Positions 1 to 12,229 are shown, counted from the whole stretch's first letter. The stretch is 63,999 bases of DNA, filler included, from Craspedostauros australis (GCA_030167865.1; 5 parts of 5 records of this genome joined end to end with filler, not necessarily neighbours in it); one strand, 5' to 3'. The notes: generated by a model from the sequence alone, not told the origin. Numbers and translations: made by a program.

Positions 1-1347
1 GTGTGTTGTGTCGCGAAGTCGTCACGTTGTGTTGTGGCACGGTCCGCGTGTGTTGCGGCGCGATTGGTGTGTGCTGCGCAGCCATCACGTTGTCTCGCGA
101 AGCAAGGGCGACGTGCTGCGAGACGCACTCACATCTTGTGTTGTGAGTGGTTTCGCATGACGTCGAATCCTTCCTGTGACGTAGAAGACGGATCAGGGAG
201 GAATTACACGAAATAGCTCTAAGTATACAATCGCCGTTGCTCCCAAAGGCAAGCAAACCAGTGGCAACAAGGGGCCAAAACTCTACAACTAGTGCTATCG
301 TGACCCCATTTTACATTCTCTGCAGCTAGTACGGTATGGTGCGGTATGGTATGGTACAAATTTGCGTTTTGGACCAGGCATATTGTAGAGTTGACAATGG
401 CGCAAAGCTCGCCGCGACACCTGATGCTCAGCCAAAGCTGGCGACGTTCTCTGCTCTTCTCGGCTTTGTTCTGCTCTGCTCCACTATTTTGATATTCTGG
501 CATCGTCGACCGAGCAATAGTCGTTGCAGTGTCGTTGTTTGCTTACGCAGACAACCTCCACAGCTCTGGCGTTTGTGTGTGTATCATCGGCCTGGTTGCG
601 TGTCTCAGATGTTGTGTATTACCTAGCCTAAAACCTGTAGACGGGTGTTCGTAGTCTTGGTACCATGTATGACATCTATGTTAGGATACTCTGTTGGTTT
701 ACAGAATTCGGTACCTCTCCATACGTACTTCGTGGACTTTGGCCGGCTGACGCACGTGAGACAATTCTGACTCATCCTCAGATTGTTGAAAACGTCAACC
801 TTGTGTCGTGGGGATCGTATCACGGTTCCGTCCGACCGGATTGTGGTAGGATTTTGGCGCAGGAATCAAGGGACATTCCGCTGCTCACATCATGGCCAGA
901 AACAGAAGCGCTCGGACGGCCAGACACCCAAAACCACAACACATCCAACCAACCAACATCGGCCACCAAAGCCGATCGTCATCGCGGTTGTCGACGTTGA
1001 TTCCAGTGCCAACGTACGAGCGTGAATGGAGTACCAACTCTACCTGTCCTCTACTCCACGAAAACTTATGCAGAGTACTACTGGTTCTGCATGAGTTTGT
1101 ACGATTGTATCCGTGCGAGGATGATGCAGTGCCAATCACCTTGAGAATTTCGATGCTCTCCATCTGCTTTCTTCTCTTTTCTTTGGTCATGCTGGTCAAG
1201 AAAGAAAGAGTGAGAGAGAGAGAGAGCGAGGGGCTGGTGCGTGCCGACAAGTGCAACAACCCAACGTTTTTGGAGACGGCCAGAGTTCGACACGTACACA
1301 ACAATCGGTCATAACATTCACCATCGCACAATCGAACAGGAAGAAAG

Positions 1348-2145
1348 ATGAAGACTACCGCCATCCTCACAGTCGGCCTTGTGGCCTCCGCCCAGGCTTT
1401 CGCCCCAATGCAGTCCGGACGCGTCAACACTGAGCTCAGCGAGAGTCTCTTTGACCGCATCTTCGGCATGGATCTCTTCGCGCCAAACAAGGAGCAGAAC
1501 GACTACGGTGCTCGTGGCTCCAAGAACGTAAGTGGAGATCGACGATGATGCGGGCGAAGACTATGACGAGGTATTGGCCGCGTCGGAAAGACCACGACCG
1601 TCTGCGCTTCACGATGTTTGATGGCACACTTGCAGCACGCAGCAGACGATGCGCTGATCGCCGATAGCCTGGCTCACTCACACCTCAACATCTGTGATGT
1701 CCGCAACATGTTCCCCCTCTGCATACATCATTTCCAACACCTCCATGCATATGCACGTACTCACGACGTTCGTCCGACCGAAATGCATCGCACAACTATC
1801 GATGCCGCATACTCCACACGACTTTCTGCACCATACACTGCGCTCAAATGAGAACAGCTCAAGGTCGGAAAGATCGGATCCGGATCGTACGTCCCAGCCG
1901 GCATGGATGCCGACAAGTACAACAAGATCCGCGCCACTGAGGCCGCCAAGAAGAAGGCCAACTACGAACGCAACGTCAAGAAGGCAGGAATCTTCGAGGA
2001 CTACACCGAGTGGTACACAAAGCGCGGAACCGACACCAAGCAGAACTGGGCCAAGGACGTCAACAAGGGACACCGCATGGCCAAGACCAAGTTCGACTGG
2101 TCCGGCAAGGCCGATGCTCCAGAATACCGAGGCAAGGCCAAATAA
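1348..2145 (+). CDS. Plastid-targeted uncharacterised protein (2 exons: 1348-1527, 1858-2145; 155 aa)
   Basis: Signal peptide ends in ASAQA-FAP (diatom ASAFAP motif). Phase-0 intron 1528-1857 (GTAAGT...AACAG) joins ...GSKN to LKVGKIGSGSYVPAGMDADKY... in frame with ORF 1903-2145. Codon usage is strongly C-ending. Confidence 0.85.
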
Positions 2146-2514
2146 GCGCCATGCGCTGAGCTGGCGAAAGTTCGCGCTCCTCGACAGAACAAGAACGGTT
2201 GAGAGAGATTTCCTTTTGGACGGACGACATTTTAACTTCAGGAACGTAATACTGTAATGACAGGCAGTTGAGTAGCCGACTTGAAACTGTGACGCCCAGT
2301 CGTAGATGGTTGGAGCTGTTTGATGTCGTGATGAATGTCTTTGCCCTGTCCCTGGTCACATGTCGAATGCACCAACTCGCCTGGACAGTGAAGCAATGGT
2401 GTCTTATGAATCCATCTTTCCCCGAAGACTACTGTTCCCACTGTCTCTCCCGCCCAGTGCCGAGAGGGAGACGCCGAATTATCCGATTGTGAGAACTCCA
2501 CTGAAATCGGTCGT

Positions 2515-3417
2515 TCAAAACCACACGATGTAGAAAGTGATGCATGTGATGACCATCCCCCCAAACACGAAGTATGCATCAGTGATATCTCGCCGCTCCA
2601 CCATCTTCATCGTTGCATCAGACACGCCAAGGGTGTCATCGATGCGGGAGAGGAAGCGGTTGACTCCGCTGAGACGTTGCCTCTGTCCGACGAGCGCATC
2701 AAGGGACGCTTCGCCATTGGCAATCAGATCGTTGACCATGGAGTGGCTCTGCTGCCACGAGGCACCTTCGTCTGCCAGGTTCTGCATATCTCGCTCACCA
2801 GCGCTCATGTCCTTGCGCCCGCGCCGTCGCCTCGTCAACAGCTCATCGCGCTCCCGCTGGTGCCTGACCGATGTTGTGACTATCCGGTCGTACTTTTCGC
2901 CTTCGCGTTGGATCCTGGACTGTTCCTCACGAATTTCCAATATCTTGCGCTTCCATCCGTCGCGCTGCTGGGGCGTTTCGCGCAGGACGAGTTGCTCCAT
3001 GAGATCGAGTTGACGCGTGAGCTCCTCCAGGGTGACGTGCAGATCAGACGGGCTGAGAACGCCATTTTGGACCTGAGAAAGTCGCTGTCTGGCATCGTAG
3101 GCCAGTTTGCGGCATTTGGGGAATAGCTGCGTGGTGCGTGGCAGCATGAATGAATATTGGCGCCATTCATGTTGGCGCCATTCATGTTGGCAGGAGTACG
3201 TAAGAAGATGCATCATAATCAACAACAACGACGCAGAAAATGAATGAGAGATGTAGTATGTATTGGTATAGTATTAGTAAGGATGAGAAGATGAGTGCAT
3301 CACGACGCGGAGCAGGGGAGAGTCGACGAGTCTGCTCGAGTGGACCGGAGCCCCGAATGCCTTCGCAAATCTCACCGAGCACTGCTTTGGTATTCGTACC
3401 TCACCGATTGTTGCCAT
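2515..3417 (-). CDS. GOSR2: Membrin/Bos1/GOSR2-type Qb-SNARE (exons 3417-3400, 3126-2515; 209 aa)
   Basis: An 18-nt exon 1 (MATIGE, donor GTACGA) splices at CAG to LFPKCRKLAYDARQ. The protein has a helical N-terminal domain, a SNARE motif (SHSMVNDLIANGEASLDALVGQRQRL...LGVSDATMKMVERR) and a C-terminal TM anchor. Confidence 0.85.
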
Positions 3418-3842
3418 TGGAACTCTCTTTCGTAGCTGCTGCTGCGTTTCAATTGGAGGGAAGGAGGGGGGGGGGGCGGTGGGTCAGCCAATGCGAGACT
3501 CGCAAGATGATCGTTGATGTTAATGTTATTGTGGTGGTGTTGTGAGTCTCTGGAGGAATGGTGGGAGGCGCGTCGTTAATTTGTTGTTGTGGCGTTGAAC
3601 CGAGACGTGTTCATGTTGTGTTGGTGACACAACAGAAGAGTCTGAGACAGATCAGTCACGAATGGTGGTAGTGGATGCGACTGAACTCCGTATCAAAAAC
3701 GGCAAGATCGGGTCCTGACAACACCAACAGTGCAAGAACGCAACACCACAACTATATTTACTCTGCCACCAGTAGAACTCCGCTGTACTCTGCTGTGCTC
3801 CACACACTCTACATATAATAGCATTGAAGCAGCAGCACCAAC

Positions 3843-4039
3843 ATGCATGGAAAGAAACGCGAAGAATACAAGGCACGATTCCGCAACCCGAAGGTGGCGG
3901 CCGCCCTCGCCCACAAGGCTCAGCAATGGCACAAGCTCTGCGGCGAGCTCGGCCAGCGGCGGAAGCTTCAGGCTGGAGCAGCGTGTGCCCCTATCGGTTC
4001 TGGCGTGAATCCGGGGACACCAGCGGCATCAGCAACAAT

Positions 4040-4073
<34 letters not shown>

Positions 4074-5267
4074 GCTACTACGACACAAGATCTGCTCGCA
4101 ACGCTCAAGCTCATCGAGAAGACGCTTCTGGTCAATCCTGATCCTTCTCATTTGTGGAATCACAGGAGGGAGGCCACCTTGCAGTTGTCCAAGGCAACGA
4201 TGGCGCTGTCAGATGAGCTCAAGCTCACGCAAGCGGCTTTGCAGAATGTAAACCCAAAGGCCTACGCTGCCTGGTTTCACCGCAAATGGACCATCCAGCA
4301 GCAGTTCGACACTTGCGCACTCCCCAATTCGTCTTCTGTGCAGCACAGATTCGCGATGGAACAACCCTTCGACCAAGTCCTGCGTGATGAAATCAGCCTC
4401 ACAAGCCACTTCTTGTCGTTGGACGAGCGCAACTTTCACTGTTGGAATTACCGCAGGTTCCTCGTCTCCATGACCGGCATGCTCATCTTGGCGGCACATC
4501 AACAGCCTGCTCTCGGCGAAAGTGGCGCGGACCAATGGCAAATGTCTGGATGTGATGGAGAATGGGCATTCCTCAAAGTGTTGACGTCATCGTTGTCGCC
4601 GTCGACGGCGGTTTCATCAACTGATGCTGACATCCATCTCAACACTCATCTGGCCGGAGTCCAGATCGGTCGCAGCAACGCTGGTGCCAGCACCAACAGC
4701 AACAGTGCTACCGTGCCAACCATGTCACAAGACGCAACGGAGCGACGGCCATCTGCTGAGGCTGAGGCTGAGGTTGGAATTGCTGCGGTTGATCAGCTCT
4801 GGGAGCTCGTGGAATCGGAATGGCAATTCGCCGTCCACAAAATCGAGAAGAACTTTTCCAACGGGTCCGCATTCTTCTACCGCAGCCAGCTTCTTCCATT
4901 CATCGTCCGTCGTCGGCTGCAGATAGATCCGGATGCTCTGATCGGCTCTGTGGAGGAAGAACTCGCGGTGATCGAGGGCGCCGTCTTTGTCGAACCAGAT
5001 GACCAGACCGCTTGGTGGTATCACGCGTTCTTGCTGGAGTGGATTCCAGATCTGTCTGTGTTCCACGACCGTCTGCTGGGGCAGGCGGAGTCGTTGCGAG
5101 ACCTGTTGTCAGACTCGCCGGACAATAAGTGGGTGCTCCTCGGTTTGCATCGGGTGCTAGACGCCCTCCTCACAGGAGAAGAGGAACGGCGCGAAATCTT
5201 GCAAAAGCTCCAGGAGATCGACCCGGATCGAGCAGCACGTTATCGGAATATGCAAGCGCAGGCCTGA
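3843..5267 (+). CDS. RABGGTA: Rab geranylgeranyltransferase (GGTase II) alpha subunit
   Basis: MHGKKR N-terminus and prenyltransferase-alpha repeats: NPDPSHLWNHRR, NPKAYAAWFHRKW, DERNFHCWNYRR, NFSNGSAFFYRS, EPDDQTAWWYH; C-terminal LQEIDPDRAARY. Confidence 0.9.
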
Positions 5268-5902
5268 GCGAGTGAGTGAGTGCGTGCGTGAGCAGATCGG
5301 AATGGCACGGCATGGAATGCGCGGAGAGTGCAGATACTTTGAGCTGTTCGACTGGCACGAGCTACTTCGCTTTGTTCTAGACTACGCACCGTACTCCTCG
5401 TCGTGCAGAGGAATACAATGATACATATCTAGATATGTGTGTGTGTGTTTCTTTGGAGTGTACTCTCACACTTCACTCTGGAGCAAGAGAGTCGAATATA
5501 ATGGAGCAGAGTGGAGGATGCAACGTTTTTTATGGCACAGGAGAGCACCCGCGCCGAAGTGTCCTGACCACACGCGGCAGAATGCCATGATGTAGTATTA
5601 TGGTATTGTAGCCAAATTGCCCTGGCTTCCGTCAATAAACGGTGCCGTTTGGACGGTTGGAACGCCAGGTTCTCCTTTGGCTGCAGGCGTTAAATGCTGT
5701 TTTTGACTCTGGCAAAGCACAATGACACTATGGTGTTCGAGTCATGTGGGGAACTTCAGTTCGCGACATAGTATCAGATTTTGAAATTGGAATCGGCAGT
5801 TGTTCCTTCAGTTCGAAACATCCTTGTTATTGACGCCATACATGGGATTGGCGGTCAGGTACGAGTACAGGACCAGAATGATGAAGCAAGTAGTATGTGT
5901 GA

Positions 5903-5958
5903 GTATGGTATGGTATGGTATGGTATGGTATGGTATGGTATGGTATGGTATGGTATGG
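5903..5958. repeat. (GTATG)n pentanucleotide microsatellite, ~11 units
   Basis: Directly visible. Shorter copies of the same motif occur near 333-356 and 25167-25186. Confidence 0.95.
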
Positions 5959-8900
5959 CATGCTATGGTACTAATACGACATCTCGTCCATGCACTTTGG
6001 GTCTGCGAAGCTGTGGGAGGTTTCCTGCCAGGCGTACCCATCATCGTAACATGTGTTTGGTGTGAAGTGGTACGGTCCGAGGAGGGTGGCCGTCCGATCA
6101 CAAAACACCCTCAGGAACACAGCCACACACGCAGACGAACAAGAAAGAGAGAGAGAGAGATCGGAGCGCACGCCATGTTGAGTTTCGTTTCATTGGACTT
6201 CACAAGGCCACCGCCCTGGTCATTCGCTGCAATGAGACATCGAGAGCCGCGGACTGTGACCTGGGACACTTGACTCTCCGCACATCAAGCCACCGTTCTG
6301 ACTGGCGAAGCGGGACGAAATGGAGCATCGCAGATCTGAGATGGCGGAGGTGACCATGGCAGTGACTACGCACAGAGCGGCGGCGCCGACAATGAAGACA
6401 GGAAAGCAAGAGCTCGCGCACATGCACATGCACGCATGGAAGGCCACAGGGAGCAGCAGCAATGCACCCATCGCTCCCGCAGAATTGGATGGCTTCTTCC
6501 TTGCCGACCGTTGTGTTTGTCGGAGAGGTGATAGTGATGGCCATGGCCATGGCGATGGCGAGGGTACTGATGGCCGGCTCCTCGTTGGGTGAAGCGCACA
6601 TTCGTGGCGAGATGGAACTGTGGGTGTCGTCGGGGACCATTTGATCGATCGCGGCTCTATCCAACGAATCGCGGGGAACACACACATCCGCTCTTCGGTG
6701 GGCACAGTCGTGATCGATCAAATGATCGTCGAGGATCCTTGCATTGCGAGCTCTACTCGTACGGTGAAGCCGTTTGCAACGGCGATGTTGATGGCAGTGT
6801 CGACTGTGAAATACACGAATGGAGAGCAACATCCGCGTAGCACGATGGTTGATACCAATGAACGGGATTCATCACAACTTCTCACCATGAATTCCATACG
6901 ATGTCTCCACAGATGCTCGTGCGAAGATTGCTGATCACCTCGTCTTTGCTTTATTTTCTTTTCTCACGTGCGTCTCATCCTTCCATCTTCCCAAAGGATG
7001 GCGCGCATTGCTTTTTATCCTTCGTCAACAAATGCAAACGGCCATCAGGCTTGCAACATCGCCCAACATTGCCCAACAGCGCACCGCACTGCATCGCATC
7101 GCATCAACAGATAGTAGCCTGAGTGAAAGGAACCAAAATATAGAGTATTGGAGTACTCTGGAAGAATAGCTTTCGTGTGGAAGACAAGCGCGCGAGAGAT
7201 GACATCCCAACAAAACAGAAGAGAAAGCAGTAGAGTACCTCATGGCGTAACGCAATAGAAGAGCGAAAGTTAGAGGAGAGTCCTGGTGGATGTTACTGGT
7301 GGATGATGCTGCTGTGTGATGTTCAATGCTCTGCTACTGCGCTACATTTTTGTCGTAACAGCGACATGGTGCTGGAATGGGCGCCACAACAGAGCACACG
7401 GTGCAGCACACAACACAACATTACGCGCAGAGCATGAACAGACAAACGACGGTTGGGTCTCAGTGGGTCCCTTTTTCGGTTTTCAATTGGTTGTTGGTGA
7501 ATCTTGCACGTCTGTGTGAGAAAATGAAACGTGTATACTTGCGTTCAAGACATGCTTATACATGTGGGTCGTGTATAATGCGGATATCGACCAAACTGAC
7601 CTCTCCGCACATCCTCCCTGTTGGGAAGTAGTCGAGGTACACCCTTGGGTTGGGCACGGCGAGATGCCACTGATACACTGGTACTATGCACGAACCATCT
7701 CAGCACTGTCATATAATACTATTATATAATATTCTATATTGCACACCTTTCCATCGTCGATTAGTGGCACTCTGCGCGTACTCTCGGCTCTGCGTGTGGG
7801 GATTCGTATGTCGTCACATCTGTCGCGTGCTGGGGTCTTGCAGACGTTGAGCGGACAATCTTTGTCATGCAACCATAGCACCTATTCTATTCTATTACAT
7901 AATATTATAGAATACATGCAACTCTTCGTATCAGTGGTCTCTGCCCAACTCGGCTTGACCACATATTGATAGAATATAATACATATTCTACGAGGCTACT
8001 CTCCGCTCATACTCCCTTCGTGTAAACAACAAGAAGGAGGAACAAGAGCGGTGACGAAGACTCCAACGCGAACTGTTCTTGTTGGCATTGAAGATGATGG
8101 TCGCTTCCCTCACTCTTTTGGGAGAGCTGTTTGTGGTCGGCCTTGGCGGTCTTCATCATCATCGCGAATGAAAGGTGGAACATCCACGCGTCGCCAAATT
8201 GCAAATGCAGACAGATTCGCCGCACTGTCGCCGCGGCACCCCTTTCTTCATCGTCATTGGCAACGAACCGCCATTGGCCCACGTCGCCTCAATCGTCGCA
8301 TTCGTGCGCTGACGATAGGCACGAGTATGGCGCTCTCTTTGGCTTGTGCAATCGAGCGGAACGAGCTACGTGAGAGCACAAGCAGGTTGAACTCCACATT
8401 GCTTTCGCGTGTGAAATTTCGCCTCGGTGCAATTGCGGCGATTTTCTGTTACGTCATTGGACAATGCTTTCGCCATAGTGACGTTGTCGCGAAATTTCCG
8501 TCTTCGCAGTGGGAATCTCGTTGGACCTGCGAGCTCCTCGTGTCAACGAGAGGCCAATTGTTGCGCCTTTCACGGTTTGTCAGTGCGTGGTCGAACCACC
8601 GATGCACGCAATTGCGCTGGTGATGATAGCGTTCGCATTTTCGCACCAGTGCTGAAAGTGCAGACACCAACATGTCACAACAGACCAATGAAACTGGCCG
8701 GCTATGCCGCGGAACGTGACACTGTTGTTCTTCGCGTCTTCTGCGCCATTCCACGACTCCTCCGATGATTGGCGAAGCAGGCATGGTCTGCACCTTGCAT
8801 TTTCGTGATTGCGCTGTGCCGAACGAAAAGAGGAAGAGCGGATTGGTCTTGGTGTCAACCGCGACTGACTGCGGTGATGGCGTGGAAGAATCTCCGCTGA

Positions 8901-9200
8901 CCGCTGACTGCTGACTGCTGACTGCTGACTTATTCCTCCGCAGCGGCCCAAGTTTGCATTTGCGTCTCACGAATTCGTGTTTGTTTTCGTGTTTGGTTTT
9001 TGGTGTTTGTCGGCATGTCGCTGAGGACCTCAGTCAACACACTCTGGGCAAAGAGGCCTGCATCACACTGTCCCGTTTGGCTTCCGCCAGAGGAGAGTAT
9101 CTTCAGCTCATAAACCAAAAATCGCAACAGCCAACACAGCAACCAACCAACCAAACACCCCAACCACCCCAACAACCACCACTCAAGAAAACAATACATC

Positions 9201-10088
9201 ATGGCTCCACGTCCAAACCGCTCCAACATTGCCGGCCTGGCACAGATCGTGCCACAGCTTGATGTGTCTCCGTTCGCCCCACTCACAAACGCAAAGGTAG
9301 CGCCATCGGCGCCCGCCGCACCAAGCGCTCCAGCCCCGCTCACTTCCACCGAGTCTTCCTCGTACTGGGATTGGGAGGAGACCACCGCAACTCCCCTCGA
9401 TGTGCTCTCCACAGACAACATCGAGGCCAACCTCGTGCGTGACGCGAACAACTTGCAACAGCACATCAGCGAGGCAATCCCCAGCAATGACTCCTACTGG
9501 GCAGAGCGCACCATCCCACAGCACAAGGAACCATCCCAGGAAGACTCCTACTGGCACTGGTCCAGCGAGGTGGTGGACAAGAAGCAATCGCTTCTCGACT
9601 CCATTATGGAGGCAGACGCCGCGCGCACAGCAACCAGCGCTGACAGCATGATCCACAACATGAGCTACGAGAGCTCCTGCGAGCCAGTCCAGGTTGATGC
9701 ACGCAAGCCACAGCACGACACCTACTGGACATGGGATTCGCGAGTTGTCGCCGCGCACGTCACGGAGGGCAGCGCCGCAGACAACGACGAGTACTGGCAC
9801 TGGTCTGCCCAACACAAGGCAACCAAGACTGAAACCAACGCAGCCGTCATCCGGGCAATCCTGGCCATGGAGAAGGCTCGACAGACGCTCTCCACCGCCG
9901 CGATCATCAACCAGCTCGAATCTAACTCCGCAACCGAGACCGCGCCACAAGCAGAAAGCGACAAGCCAGACACTTCCAGCTACTGGGAGTGGTCCGAGCA
10001 GCTTGGCGATGCCTACTGGGACTCCAGAAAGCCCCAGCAGCAGGCAACAGTCATGGCTGGTACTGCAACAGGATACTGGGACATGTAA
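9201..10088 (+). CDS. Uncharacterised low-complexity protein with 8 YW(x)W motifs (295 aa)
   Basis: Intact ORF preceded by a CAA/ACC-rich leader. Motifs are YWDW, YWAE, YWHW, YWTW, YWHW, YWEW, YWDS and a C-terminal YWDM. Confidence 0.85.
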   Translation: MAPRPNRSNIAGLAQIVPQLDVSPFAPLTNAKVAPSAPAAPSAPAPLTSTESSSYWDWEETTATPLDVLSTDNIEANLVRDANNLQQHISEAIPSNDSYWAERTIPQHKEPSQEDSYWHWSSEVVDKKQSLLDSIMEADAARTATSADSMIHNMSYESSCEPVQVDARKPQHDTYWTWDSRVVAAHVTEGSAADNDEYWHWSAQHKATKTETNAAVIRAILAMEKARQTLSTAAIINQLESNSATETAPQAESDKPDTSSYWEWSEQLGDAYWDSRKPQQQATVMAGTATGYWDM

Positions 10089-10609
10089 GGAGCGCCAGCG
10101 CCTTGCCATGAGCTTCCCTCTCGCAACAACAATAAGCAGCCGTAGGCAACAGCAACTGAAAACAATAGAGATGCTAGCGTTAGCCCACACACTTTGACTC
10201 CGTATTTGCACTTTCTCGTGTGACCTGGGTTGGTTCAATCTAGTTTCCTGGTAGTGGCGCCCAACGCTACATTGCGCGCCCGAAACGTGAGCCAAACCAT
10301 CGAGTCGCGAGAAGAATCGAATCGCGCGCGTGGACAAGGAGAGACGGAATCAGCGACACGATGACCGAGACATCACGAATGACGATTCGCGGCCAAAGCC
10401 GAGCAACTCAGCGATTTCGTTTCTTGGGCGCCATCGTACAGTGTCATACCGCACGCACACAAGTATCATAGCTCCTGGATTATGGTATGTACAGACACTC
10501 GTACCATACCATACAAGAACCGCCCAGCAACATCACGAGTGAGGTTGGCACAGAGTAGAGAGCAGCTCGCCATCGTACACACTGCTCTAGGAGGGTTTGT
10601 GGACATTTG

Positions 10610-12229
10610 ATGATTGGAACGCCATCGACATCGACAACGACAACGACATCGACATCAGCGATGGCATCAACACCTGCGTGGGCTGATACAGCAGAGCAAT
10701 GGTTCGGGAGAATCGTTGTGACGTTGTGCATCTTCATTGCATGGGAGTACCTCGTCAATGGGAACAACGTCATCGTCGGGATCTTTGCGGGCAAGTCTGC
10801 AACCATCAAGCCGCGCTTGGCGACAAACAGTCGAACTGTCGACGATGTGAAACAATCGAACTCCGTCGATGCCGCAGAAGGTGAAGTGCTGCAACGGAAT
10901 GGTGCTGCTGGGGCATCTGACAAGACGACGACAACGGATGCACCTACACCAACACCAACACCAACGCCAACGAAGACACCAGCACAACCAGCGGTAGCGG
11001 CAGCGCATCCGCGGCAACAAACAATGCGACAGCATGGAGACAGCAACCCTCCGATTCAACCCGAAACAAACAAAGCTGAGGGTGGAGGATTGGCAACGAA
11101 GAGTCATCTGGGTGCGGCACCACGAGCGACGAATGAAGTGGCGGACCGTGAGGCAACCGTGAACCCGGACCGAAAGACCGGACCGACCCCAACAACCGAG
11201 ACGAAGAAGAAATCGAAGACGCAACCGAAATCGAAAAGGGCTGGGTCCAATGCGACAAAGAAGACCGTGACTCAAGGACCACCGCCATTCACTGCAACCA
11301 CCAACGAATCTGCGGGCATGGGAGAATTCCAGTATTGGTACGATGTGGAAACGAGTCTGTTTCGGATCTACACTCTCTGTCGCACAGATGGGCAGGAGGT
11401 CATTCCACCCTACGTTCCGCACTCTTACAGAGGGACGGTTCAGGTGTTCGTCCACGTCACCAACAGCACCGACATCCCCATCCGCGTGTACTGGGTCGAT
11501 TACTCCGGCAAGCACGTCTTCAAGGGAGACCTGCCCCGTGATGGCGGCGTGTGGACACAGACAACCTACATCGATCACCCGTGGGTGTTTGAGCACGCCG
11601 ACACACAGGAAGTCCTCCTCCACTACATCCCGTACCGCGTCATTCCCACAACGCCAGAAGTTGCAACCGTGGCGGACGATGGATTCACAGGGATGCACAA
11701 GTTTGAACTGTTGCCGCGATCTAACAACAACAACAACAACAACAGCAGCAATAGTACCAGCGGCAGTGGTGCCAATGGCAGTGATGAGCCATATCATGTG
11801 CGTATCAATGATCCAGTCCTTCCCTTCCCCGCATGTGAAACATTCTTCGATTCAACACTCGCGATCCATTGGACGCTGCAGCACATGACCCGCATGGGCA
11901 TGGATGACATCCAAATCGACACATTGCTCAAATACATATCCAACATCGTCAACGACCCTGCGAATACCAAGTACCGCCAAATCCGCATCCGATCTCCCAA
12001 ATTCAACTCCATCTGGATGTCTCCAGCGCGAGGCATTCTCTTGGCGATCGGGTTCACGGAGCACAGTGCCTACGTCGAATTGGGTTGCGGCACGATGGAA
12101 TTGGACCGGGAGCGCGTGCAGGTTGCGGCCCTGGCAATCTACATGGTAATGAAATGGAAGGATGCGCAACAAACGTCGCATGGACAACAGCAACAGCAAC
12201 AACAACAGCAACAACAACAGCAATACTAA
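10610..12229 (+). CDS. Membrane-anchored protein with VHL beta domain and C-terminal PUB domain
   Basis: N-terminal TM (IVVTLCIFIAWEYLV); VHL-like VHVTNSTDIPIRVYWVDYSG...WTQTTYIDHPWVF; PUB-like LLKYISNIVNDPANTKYRQIRIRSPKF...LLAIGF; ends in poly-Q. Confidence 0.8.
   Translation: MIGTPSTSTTTTTSTSAMASTPAWADTAEQWFGRIVVTLCIFIAWEYLVNGNNVIVGIFAGKSATIKPRLATNSRTVDDVKQSNSVDAAEGEVLQRNGAAGASDKTTTTDAPTPTPTPTPTKTPAQPAVAAAHPRQQTMRQHGDSNPPIQPETNKAEGGGLATKSHLGAAPRATNEVADREATVNPDRKTGPTPTTETKKKSKTQPKSKRAGSNATKKTVTQGPPPFTATTNESAGMGEFQYWYDVETSLFRIYTLCRTDGQEVIPPYVPHSYRGTVQVFVHVTNSTDIPIRVYWVDYSGKHVFKGDLPRDGGVWTQTTYIDHPWVFEHADTQEVLLHYIPYRVIPTTPEVATVADDGFTGMHKFELLPRSNNNNNNNSSNSTSGSGANGSDEPYHVRINDPVLPFPACETFFDSTLAIHWTLQHMTRMGMDDIQIDTLLKYISNIVNDPANTKYRQIRIRSPKFNSIWMSPARGILLAIGFTEHSAYVELGCGTMELDRERVQVAALAIYMVMKWKDAQQTSHGQQQQQQQQQQQQQY

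Noticed and set aside
1..220. GTGTTG/GCG-rich degenerate repeats at the window start
   Set aside because: No consistent unit and truncated by the window edge; cannot be classified.
5903..5958. (TGGTA)n as a telomere or CRISPR-like array, and the MVWYG-repeat ORFs over it
   Set aside because: It is a simple microsatellite with no spacers or cas genes; the ORFs are by-products of the repeat.
6200..6934. Overlapping ORFs on both strands, including same-frame 6320-6592 and 6620-6934
   Set aside because: No recognisable motif or codon bias; a gene cannot be supported.
9183..11797. Long antisense ORFs (9183-10337, 10667-11797) and similar ones over HSF, GCN2, Pol eta and Copia
   Set aside because: These are shadow frames of GC-rich coding sequence on the opposite strand.
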